Below, piece by piece: positions 56,838 through 64,000 of a stretch of 64,000 nucleotides of DNA (positions are counted from its first letter, which is position 1; every line of letters starts with the position of its first letter). The notes under the pieces are model-generated. The model did not search any database. It worked only from the letters and a program-made list of their open reading frames with translations, and had not been told where the DNA came from. Where the stretch lies: the NCBI GenBank assembly GCA_902793375.1, contig CADBDE010000003.1, positions 30,039 through 94,038 of the forward strand. The letters are read 5' to 3'. A program made the position numbers and the translations under genes. The stretch is from an uncultured Erysipelotrichaceae bacterium. GTDB taxonomy: Bacteria; Bacillota_I; Bacilli_A; RF39; UBA660.

Positions 56838-57635
56838 CTAATTTTTTTCCTTCTCGCTATTCTTATTGCTAAGTAAACTTCCTATTCTTATCTTTCTTTT
56901 TTCTAATTGTTTCTTATATATTTCATCCTCTAAAATAATTTCAATAGCACTTTTTAGTAATTTAAATTGTTCATTGCATTCTTCTTCAGACAAGTTATGA
57001 ACTCCATCACTTAGTAGCGAGTATAAAACATTATATCCAGTACTTTTTAGCATTTCATTTAAAAGATTTTCCTTAACAAGTTGTTTTATAATATCTTTTG
57101 TTTTCATGCCGGTAAAATCTGTTTTGCTTTTATTTTTTGCTTTTTCTATTAAGGATTCAAAAACTCTTCTCAAATAAACAACTGACGCAATGTTCAAATT
57201 ATTTTCTTTAGATTTAATTGATAGAAGATAATATTCCTTCTCAGATTCATCCAACTCTTTGATGATATTATCATTTATTTCTTTGCTAAAATACATTGAG
57301 GATGGATATTGTCCAAATTTTACTAAGTTTCCCTTTCCTAAAGTTTCAAATGATACTTTAAAACTATGATTATACTCACATGAAAAATCATAAATTAATA
57401 ATTCATTATTATGTACGATTAGCGCTTCATTCACGCTTTTACTTAAATAATAACCAGCTGTAGTTACATCTGAGCATTTGAATATTCTTTTTTCTTTGCA
57501 TCTTGGACAATACAATTCAACTTTGATAGACTTACTATAAGTTGGAAAAAGAAACTCAAAATCTTCTGATTTAACATTTATTTCTGATCCAATTGCTTTT
57601 AATAATAAATCTTCATTTATTATTTTATCATTCAT
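56838..57635 (-). CDS. Hypothetical protein with N-terminal C4 zinc-ribbon and C-terminal helical domain (possibly DUF4145-like)
   Basis: CPRCKEKRIFKCS...(20 aa)...CEYNH zinc ribbon. C-terminal LLNEMLKSTGYNVLYSLLSDGVHNL is reminiscent of the DUF4145 R..GN..AH helix. Last gene of the MTase-REase-MazG-NTPase operon (20-nt gap). Confidence 0.3.
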   Translation of the reverse strand: MNDKIINEDLLLKAIGSEINVKSEDFEFLFPTYSKSIKVELYCPRCKEKRIFKCSDVTTAGYYLSKSVNEALIVHNNELLIYDFSCEYNHSFKVSFETLGKGNLVKFGQYPSSMYFSKEINDNIIKELDESEKEYYLLSIKSKENNLNIASVVYLRRVFESLIEKAKNKSKTDFTGMKTKDIIKQLVKENLLNEMLKSTGYNVLYSLLSDGVHNLSEEECNEQFKLLKSAIEIILEDEIYKKQLEKRKIRIGSLLSNKNSEKEKN

Positions 57636-57655
57636 ATTTTTATCACTCCTAATTT

Positions 57656-59389
57656 TTAATAACTATTATTATTATTTATATATTTACTTAAATATTTTCT
57701 TAGCCCTTCATCACACACATAAATATATGTCCCAAGCATACCCCTAAGCATCATTGTTCTGTAGATATTCAATACATATTCTAACAATTCTTCATCTGTT
57801 GTATTGGCTTTACCTTTAGCATCAAAATAATTTTTTCTATCAGTAATAAATTCTTTTGTTTTTAAATCATACCTTAACTCATTTCCTATTATTAATCCTA
57901 CATAATTTAAATCAAATCCTTGAGTTGTATGAATACTTCCAATTTCATTTACTGAATTTGGAGAATTAATCCAATCTGTCGCTTTCGAATTCCATATATA
58001 TTTGAATCCATCAATTTCTATATCAAATATTCCATTTTCAAAATTATTCTTTATTTCTTTTTTGTCCCAATACAAATGTAGTCTTTTACCTTTACTATTC
58101 CATTTCCATGCATATCCAGCAACATTTCTACACAAACCAAATTCAGAATCTTTTTTTATAATATCTTGAACCATTTCATTAACATCATCAAACATTTTTA
58201 AATCATATTTATTGAATTTTATCTTCTTTATTGGTGGTTTATCACTAAAAATCGATTTAACATAATCAACATATTCTTCTCCACCTGCAATACATCTCAA
58301 TTGAGCAGTCAATTTATATGTTTTATAGTTTTTTCTTTGCATTAATTCATAAAATTTTTCTTTTCTTATATCTGTTGGTTTTATCGATTGATCTTCATCA
58401 TAGAAAAATATTTGATATTTACTTTTTTTCAATACCCAATCTAGTTCTGTTCCTTCTTTTCCTAAACCCATTTTTCTATTATTCTCATCAAAAGTACAAT
58501 ATTGTGTTAAATTTTTTCTTCTTCTAAGCCTATGAGCTTCATCTACAATTAATACATCATATATTTCATTTGATTTACCAATATCATGTGGACTTAATAC
58601 CATTCTGGAGTTTAACCCTTTAATGTGTTTAAAAACATTCCTTAAAGTAGTTCTTAAATTATCCATTGGTATAACTAAACCTATTTTTAAGTCATCGATA
58701 GCATCATTAATTTTTAATATATCAGAAAGGTTTTGTTCAACTTGATCTTCTTCTATTTCAATTGTTTTTTTATCTTTTGCCTGCATCAATAATTTAAGAA
58801 TATAAATACCTAAAATAGTTTTTCCAGTACCAGCTCCACCCTCAACTACAAATGTGGCCGGTTCTTTTGTGTTAACATAATCTGCTAAATCTGATAATAT
58901 ACTATTAACAATCATATATTGATCAATAGTTAAGGATTTGTATGGAGAATATTTAAACAAATCTGTATTTTCAATCATTCTCAAATCATTCTTAACAAGG
59001 CCTTTTGTTTTTAATTGAATCCATATTTCTCGAAATTTATCTTCATACATTTTTCTTTGATAATAATCATGGTTTTGTAATCCACCATTCCCATTTTGCA
59101 ATAAATATTTATTATCAGCAGACATATATTTTATTAAAAAAGACTCAAGATCTAAGATAGATGATTTATTAAATGTATCATCTCCTATAATGCTTATCTT
59201 ATCTAAATTTCTTCTTACTTCATTCGCCCAATGCTGATTTGATCTAATACTAGCATCAGTAGTTTCTCCAATATAAGCTTCTTCCTTATTGTTAATTATA
59301 TAAACTACCGGCCAATTACTTCCATATTTTTCATTTTTTAGAACATTAGAAGTACCAGCATTAAACATCTTAGTAATAATCTCTGCCAT
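57656..59389 (-). CDS. GIY-YIG nuclease-like N-terminal domain fused to a DUF2075/Schlafen-like SF1-type P-loop NTPase (Nhi-like architecture)
   Basis: N-terminus VVYIINNKEEAYIGETTDASIRSNQH resembles GIY-YIG (Y...YIG...R...QH). Core FVVEGGAGTGKTILG (Walker A) and VLIVDEAHRLRRR (Walker B, DEAH-like). 577 aa. 11-nt gap from the MazG gene. Confidence 0.6.
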   Translation of the reverse strand: MAEIITKMFNAGTSNVLKNEKYGSNWPVVYIINNKEEAYIGETTDASIRSNQHWANEVRRNLDKISIIGDDTFNKSSILDLESFLIKYMSADNKYLLQNGNGGLQNHDYYQRKMYEDKFREIWIQLKTKGLVKNDLRMIENTDLFKYSPYKSLTIDQYMIVNSILSDLADYVNTKEPATFVVEGGAGTGKTILGIYILKLLMQAKDKKTIEIEEDQVEQNLSDILKINDAIDDLKIGLVIPMDNLRTTLRNVFKHIKGLNSRMVLSPHDIGKSNEIYDVLIVDEAHRLRRRKNLTQYCTFDENNRKMGLGKEGTELDWVLKKSKYQIFFYDEDQSIKPTDIRKEKFYELMQRKNYKTYKLTAQLRCIAGGEEYVDYVKSIFSDKPPIKKIKFNKYDLKMFDDVNEMVQDIIKKDSEFGLCRNVAGYAWKWNSKGKRLHLYWDKKEIKNNFENGIFDIEIDGFKYIWNSKATDWINSPNSVNEIGSIHTTQGFDLNYVGLIIGNELRYDLKTKEFITDRKNYFDAKGKANTTDEELLEYVLNIYRTMMLRGMLGTYIYVCDEGLRKYLSKYINNNNSY

Positions 59390-59400
59390 AGTACCACTTC

Positions 59401-59715
59401 CTACAATTTATTATATTTAGTGCTAACACCTTTAGCTTTTTCTACAGGATATTTTCTAGCGGTTTTTCCCATTTTATCTAAAACAATTTGTTTAGGATCA
59501 ACACCAAGCTTGTCTGCCATTAATAAACAATAATTAATAACATCTGCTAATTCTTCTTTTACTTCATCTAAATTATATTCACTATTCCATTGAAAACATT
59601 CTAAAAGTTCTCCAGCTTCAATACATATACTTTTAGCTAAATTCTCTGGAGAATGGAATTGATCCCAATCTCTTTCTCTTGTAAATTCAACGACTTTATT
59701 TGATAAATCTTTCAT
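59401..59715 (-). CDS. MazG-like nucleotide pyrophosphohydrolase (all-alpha NTP-PPase)
   Basis: RDWDQFHSPENLAKSICIEAGELLECFQW and EELADVINYCLLMADKLGVD match the two EExxE/D helices of MazG-family NTP pyrophosphatases. 104 aa. Confidence 0.75.
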   Translation of the reverse strand: MKDLSNKVVEFTRERDWDQFHSPENLAKSICIEAGELLECFQWNSEYNLDEVKEELADVINYCLLMADKLGVDPKQIVLDKMGKTARKYPVEKAKGVSTKYNKL

Positions 59716-59724
59716 ATATATCTC

Positions 59725-60813
59725 CTATGCAGTAACTCTATAACTTACTGGTGTCATTTTCATATTTATTATTTCTTTATATGTATAAGTTTTATAATTA
59801 GGAAATTCCGAATTAACATTAGTAACCATGTACAAAATATAATTATCTTTATGTTCATTCATAAATTTCAATTCTCCTGATGATAAGTTAAATACTTCTT
59901 TATTACTTTGAGTAGCTTTTACTTCAATATATTTCTTTACACCATCTTCAATATATTCAATATCATATGGCGAAAATTTATAAGTTTTACTTGTATGAAA
60001 TAAATCATTATCTTCTAGCAACTTAGATTTTAGTAACTCATATACAAATTCTTCACCCTTTAAACCATTACTACTTCTTGTTCTATTTATTTCTTCAATT
60101 TCAATATCTTCTTTACCGGTTACCAAATTTCGTTTACATGTAACTACAACATTATTTTCATAAGAAAAGCTATCATCTATTTTTAATTTTTGTCCTACAC
60201 CTTTACCTTCTTTAAAAACGCTTGTTAATAAAATTCCTTTGGGTCCAACTAATTTTATTAAAAAATTTAATGTACGGGTTTCAGAATAGTAAACAAACCC
60301 ATTAACTACAAAAGCATAATCACCATTTTCTTCCATTATTTTGTCGAGTATTAATCTATTATTAATATTAAAACCATCTTTTCTATAATCAAAAGAAATT
60401 GGATAATGAATCATTAATCTTCCTAAATGAGTATTACTATTATGTGACGCGTTAATTATATTGGCTGTCTCAGAAGTTTCTTCTTTTATATACATACAAT
60501 ATGAGGCATCAACATCTAATTTTTCACCATTAACTAATATATTATCAAAAACAAATATATCTGTAACATTTGTTTTATTTTTTTCATTTTTTCTGCAAGC
60601 ATCTATTAAATCATCAGGAATTTTATTATCATCCACCCTACAATTCATATCACGTAATTGTAATATATCGTTTCTCCATTTATTTGGATTTTTACTTTGA
60701 TTAAGTTCTGTTTCCACACTAGCTGTGTGACCTTTTTTATAGTTATTATACATCCCATATCTAAGTGATGTTTCGGATATTTTAAATTTTAATTCTTTCA
60801 TAATAATCTCCAA
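59725..60813 (-). CDS. Putative Type II restriction endonuclease, PD-(D/E)xK fold, cognate to the adjacent C5-MTase
   Basis: C-terminal SPYDIEYIED...KYIEVKAT gives a P-Y-D ... E-V-K arrangement, the PD-(D/E)xK catalytic motif. Start codon abuts the MTase stop. Confidence 0.5.
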   Translation of the reverse strand: MEIIMKELKFKISETSLRYGMYNNYKKGHTASVETELNQSKNPNKWRNDILQLRDMNCRVDDNKIPDDLIDACRKNEKNKTNVTDIFVFDNILVNGEKLDVDASYCMYIKEETSETANIINASHNSNTHLGRLMIHYPISFDYRKDGFNINNRLILDKIMEENGDYAFVVNGFVYYSETRTLNFLIKLVGPKGILLTSVFKEGKGVGQKLKIDDSFSYENNVVVTCKRNLVTGKEDIEIEEINRTRSSNGLKGEEFVYELLKSKLLEDNDLFHTSKTYKFSPYDIEYIEDGVKKYIEVKATQSNKEVFNLSSGELKFMNEHKDNYILYMVTNVNSEFPNYKTYTYKEIINMKMTPVSYRVTA

Positions 60814-60814
60814 A

Positions 60815-61918
60815 CTAGCCTAACCAATCCTCATCTATTTCTTTTAATTGATTAAATATATGATCCAAAAGAATATAGACTAAATTTACATCCCAACCAT
60901 TTCCTGCTCTTTTTGATAATTGAGTATAAGACTGATTTCCAAATACTATATCAACTTTTCTACCAACACCATCTAGTCCTTCAAGACCCATAAGTCTAAA
61001 TTGCTCTGTAACAGACATTTTTCTAACAACTTCTTTATTTCCATGTGGCTCTATAACCCTTAAAGCATTATGTTCTGGCATTGTAATGGTAATTGAATAA
61101 CCATCTGTTTTTATTTTTTTATTATATACATCAAAACATAATGCTTTCTTTACTTTAAAACTATCTACATTATGTTTTTCTTTAAGATGTTTAATTTGTT
61201 TATCAGACAAATACATTTCTCTTGGAACATATCCATCCGGATCTAGAAAATCTGCCATAAGCTTTCCATTGTGAATTTCATTAGGAACCATTGAAAAATC
61301 TACTGGTAGCCCTCCTAATCTTGCAAACATCCATACTCTTTCTCTGTTTTGAGGCACACCATAATCTTTACTATTTAATAATGCAACTCTTAGAGGTGAA
61401 TCTTTACCACCACTTGTATATCCCATATCTATAAGCATATTATCCATTTGTTTTCTTGTAGACTCAAACTTTTTTGAAAAAAATCCTTTAACATTTTCTA
61501 ATAAAATATATTTTGGTTTTTTTGCTTCACATATTCTCATAATATGTTGAAATAAAGTTCCCCTACCATATGGATCATCTACACCTTTTTGCATTCCAGC
61601 AGTTGAAAAAGGTTGGCAAGGAAATCCTCCCATAAAAATATCAAAATCTGGGACATCATCTGGATTAAGCTTTGTAATATCACCAAAATTCTTAATATTT
61701 TTTCCATCTTTATTTTTGTGATTTAAATCATATAATTCACAAGCATATTTATCTATTTCAGAATAACCAATTATTTCAAAATCAAAATTTGGATACTTTC
61801 CTTTTAGTCGATCTAAAGCAAAATGCCCCCCGCCATAACCTGCAAATCCTTCAAATACTTTTAATTTTTTCCTTTTTTTGTTTGCCATGACAAACCTCCT
61901 AAATTGTTTTACATACAA
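60815..61918 (-). CDS. DNA (cytosine-5)-methyltransferase
   Basis: Motif I VFEGFAGYGGG, motif IV GGFPCQPFSTAG, motif VI ENVKGF, motif VIII QNRERVW. Confidence 0.9.
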   Translation of the reverse strand: MYVKQFRRFVMANKKRKKLKVFEGFAGYGGGHFALDRLKGKYPNFDFEIIGYSEIDKYACELYDLNHKNKDGKNIKNFGDITKLNPDDVPDFDIFMGGFPCQPFSTAGMQKGVDDPYGRGTLFQHIMRICEAKKPKYILLENVKGFFSKKFESTRKQMDNMLIDMGYTSGGKDSPLRVALLNSKDYGVPQNRERVWMFARLGGLPVDFSMVPNEIHNGKLMADFLDPDGYVPREMYLSDKQIKHLKEKHNVDSFKVKKALCFDVYNKKIKTDGYSITITMPEHNALRVIEPHGNKEVVRKMSVTEQFRLMGLEGLDGVGRKVDIVFGNQSYTQLSKRAGNGWDVNLVYILLDHIFNQLKEIDEDWLG

Positions 61919-61971
61919 TTATATCATATAATTATTTAAAGTCTTTAATTTTTTAATGATAGATTATATAA

Positions 61972-62994
61972 TTAAATACTAAAGTTACTAAAGAAATCAT
62001 CTTTCACATTTGCACGACGAGATCTATTACGCAACTTCATAAGAGCTTTTGATTCAATTCGGAGTATTGCTTTAGGTGTTACACCAAACTCTTCAGCGAT
62101 TTCTTTAAGCGTTCTTGGTTTCCCATCTCCAATTCCAAACCTTAGTCTCAATACTTTTTCTTCTCTATCAGTTAAAGTTAGTAAAATAGCATCCAATCTT
62201 TCATCATCGACACCCACTAAATCATATAATTTATTAAACGTTAATAATTCTTCTTGTTCTTGTTGCTCTTTTTCTACCGCTTCTTCAGATATATTCTCAC
62301 CTAATTCATTTAAAGCAGTTGAAGCATATTTTACAAACTTTATTGTTTTTCTTGTTTTATTTTTATATTCTTCACATAATATTTTTTCATTATTTAAATA
62401 AGTATCATCACGTGTAACAAACAAAACATCATATTTTGAATTACATAATAACGATTCCCATATATATTCATCACAAATAGTTAAACTTTTATATCCTCCC
62501 TTATCACTTCTTGGTACTCCACCTAAATTGTTTCTCTTTATTGCTTCATTATAAGCAAAATCATTGTCTTTGATTATTATTGTGTGACTATTTTCAATGA
62601 TCTTATTAAACATACTAAGCACAATATCTTTGTTTTCATCATTTATCATTTTTTCTATTTCATTTTTTAATGGAATATAACTTTCTTTTATTTTAGAAAC
62701 TAATTTAGCATTATCCTTATTTAGTTCAGTTATTTTTTCTGTAAAAATCCCAAGCGGTTCTAAATTAAACATGTTATTTGTGATTTGTTTCTCTTTTGAT
62801 TCAACTTTATCAAATAATCCTTTTAACTCTGTAACCCTATTTCTTTTGAATTCTCTTATAACTTGTTCGGTAATTATCAAATTATTTGATGATGATAGTT
62901 TATCTAGTATTTCTTTATTTTCTTCTTTATATCGATAAAAATCCAAATATTTATTAGTATCAATAAAAATTTTAAGCATATTTGCCACCACCAA
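61972..62994 (-). CDS. Fusion protein: N-terminal PIN-like nuclease domain plus C-terminal sigma-70 region-4 helix-turn-helix
   Basis: N-terminus KIFIDTNKYLDFY (PIN Asp-1 motif). Later LFVTRDDTY (PIN distal acidic motif). C-terminus EKVLRLRFGIGDGKPRTLKEIAEEFGVTPKAILRIESKALMKLR is a textbook sigma-70 region 4 (RpoD/SigA-like 4.2 HTH). Confidence 0.5.
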   Translation of the reverse strand: MVVANMLKIFIDTNKYLDFYRYKEENKEILDKLSSSNNLIITEQVIREFKRNRVTELKGLFDKVESKEKQITNNMFNLEPLGIFTEKITELNKDNAKLVSKIKESYIPLKNEIEKMINDENKDIVLSMFNKIIENSHTIIIKDNDFAYNEAIKRNNLGGVPRSDKGGYKSLTICDEYIWESLLCNSKYDVLFVTRDDTYLNNEKILCEEYKNKTRKTIKFVKYASTALNELGENISEEAVEKEQQEQEELLTFNKLYDLVGVDDERLDAILLTLTDREEKVLRLRFGIGDGKPRTLKEIAEEFGVTPKAILRIESKALMKLRNRSRRANVKDDFFSNFSI

Positions 62995-63143
62995 TTACAT
63001 TATATCATAAAGAAAAGTCATATTTCTATTCAATTATTGCATACTTATATTTTTTTATAATAATATCTACCTTTTGACAAAAATAATGATAATAACTATT
63101 TTATCATTAGATTTGTCAGAACAAAAAAAGAACATTTCTGTTC

Positions 63144-64000
63144 TTATCTTTTAAGTTTTAAACTATATTCTTCTACTACTTCTTCGTTAGTTTTATTAAA
63201 TTGTTTAACAAATACTTTTTCTCCCATAAATAATCTTCTATAATTTGATTCATTTACTTTAAGTCCTTTTGCTTCTAAGAAACTATTTCTTGCTTTAGAT
63301 AAAGTAAGACTTTGCATTAAATGTTTTGGTTCTCTAACAAGAATACTATGAAGTCCTAATGAACTATAAAAAGAAAGCTTTTCTTTAATAGATTCACTAC
63401 TTAAAGTAACAATACCTGGATACCTTTTTATTATATCTTTAACATTATCATCTTGATAATCACATTCTTTTATAGTTTTTATTTTTTCTTTAATCTTATC
63501 AGGACTCATACTAAACAACGTTCTTTGATGAGAATAGAGTCTTATTGCTTCTTCTTTAGTAAATCCAAGTTCACTAAGTAAATTTATTCTTTCAATAATA
63601 GATTCTTTTGTATATCCAAGTATTGCTGGATTAATTCTTAATATTGAATATATTGCTTCTCTTTTAAATCCAATATCTATTAGATCATTTATTTTATTAT
63701 ATAATGTATCATTGGTAAAAAGTAAAAGAGTTGGTGTTCTTTTAAATACTTTTAAAGCATCTTCTTCACTCATTCCAAAAGATTTATAAAGATCTAATCT
63801 ATTTTTAATATAATTAGATGAACGAGATAATAAAGCAGGAGATTTCTTAACCATTCCTATTACTTCTTCTTTAGTGTATCCTAAGGATAAAAAATAATTA
63901 AATGATTCATCTACTTTATTTTTAAATGCAAGAACATTAGGAGCAAGAATAATCATCTTTTTAATATCTTCTTTTGAAAATCCTAAAGATAATAAATGTT
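63144..64000 (-). CDS. mTERF-like repeat protein (partial; the reading frame continues beyond the right window edge, so the true N-terminus is outside the window)
   Basis: At least six tandem repeats of about 30-35 aa of the type LSLGYTKEEVIGMVKKSPALLSRS / LYKSFGMSEEDALKVFKRTPTLLLFT / LIDIGFKREAIYSILRINPAILGYT / LSELGFTKEEAIRLYSHQRTLFSMS. These match the mTERF motif (L..LGfs.e.i.k.l...P.lL..s). The frame upstream of the annotated Met (63956) stays open to 64000 and continues with HLLSLGFSKEDIKKMIIL. Confidence 0.55.
   Translation of the reverse strand, partial: HLLSLGFSKEDIKKMIILAPNVLAFKNKVDESFNYFLSLGYTKEEVIGMVKKSPALLSRSSNYIKNRLDLYKSFGMSEEDALKVFKRTPTLLLFTNDTLYNKINDLIDIGFKREAIYSILRINPAILGYTKESIIERINLLSELGFTKEEAIRLYSHQRTLFSMSPDKIKEKIKTIKECDYQDDNVKDIIKRYPGIVTLSSESIKEKLSFYSSLGLHSILVREPKHLMQSLTLSKARNSFLEAKGLKVNESNYRRLFMGEKVFVKQFNKTNEEVVEEYSLKLKR

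Overview
AT-rich (roughly 25-27% GC) chromosomal segment from a spore-forming Firmicute (Clostridia or Erysipelotrichia-like), standard genetic code. Almost all genes are on the minus strand.

Left to right, the window contains:
(i) A type VII secretion LXG-type effector module at the left edge. Two small WXG100/Lap-like helical proteins sit in front of a toxin gene. That gene has a coiled-coil N-terminal region and an alpha/beta-hydrolase (GHSHGG) C-terminal region that runs out of the window.
(ii) Cell-envelope housekeeping genes (VanY-like M15 peptidase, PAP2 phosphatase, polyprenyl synthase, alanine racemase), tRNA-His, and cotJB-cotJC.
(iii) An unusual single-domain ClpA/B-D1-like AAA+ protein. 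It carries about nine tandem 17-aa PMNMPMNDQMYGG-type repeats followed by an N/Q/FG-rich tail.
(iv) A tandemly duplicated two-gene module: a secreted surface protein with a C-terminal NPATD/hydrophobic/basic anchor, followed by a 66-aa protein. An HExxH protein lies downstream.
(v) A recombination scar next to tRNA-Leu(CAA). A 5-prime-truncated MobV/Pre relaxase gene ends exactly at the first of two 82-bp direct repeats flanking a 0.86-kb cassette.
(vi) Two flavoproteins, scpA-scpB, a sigF-like gene directly in front of spoVAC-spoVAD-spoVAEB, a GT2 glycosyltransferase and a desulfoferrodoxin.
(vii) A run of six uncharacterized genes that ends in a Macro-domain gene, followed by a LysR regulator, a YjbR+EVE fusion and a possibly frameshifted flavodoxin.
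(viii) An NrtR-type NAD salvage operon (pncA-pncB-nudix-radical SAM-nadE-nadD-pncC-nrtR) with palindromic candidate operators.
(ix) A defense-type island from about 50.9 kb to the right edge.

The island contains a SWIM zinc-finger protein, a KAP P-loop NTPase, a NERD nuclease and a tightly packed five-gene operon. The operon is C5-cytosine methyltransferase, PD-(D/E)xK endonuclease, MazG-like pyrophosphohydrolase, GIY-YIG + DUF2075/Schlafen-like NTPase, and a zinc-ribbon/DUF4145-like protein. Beyond it lie a PIN-like nuclease fused to a sigma-70 region-4 HTH and an mTERF-repeat protein that runs off the window.

The five-gene RM-plus-accessory operon and the PIN-sigma4/mTERF pair are the best candidates for an undescribed system. 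All functional calls rest on motifs read directly from the translations; no database searches were possible.
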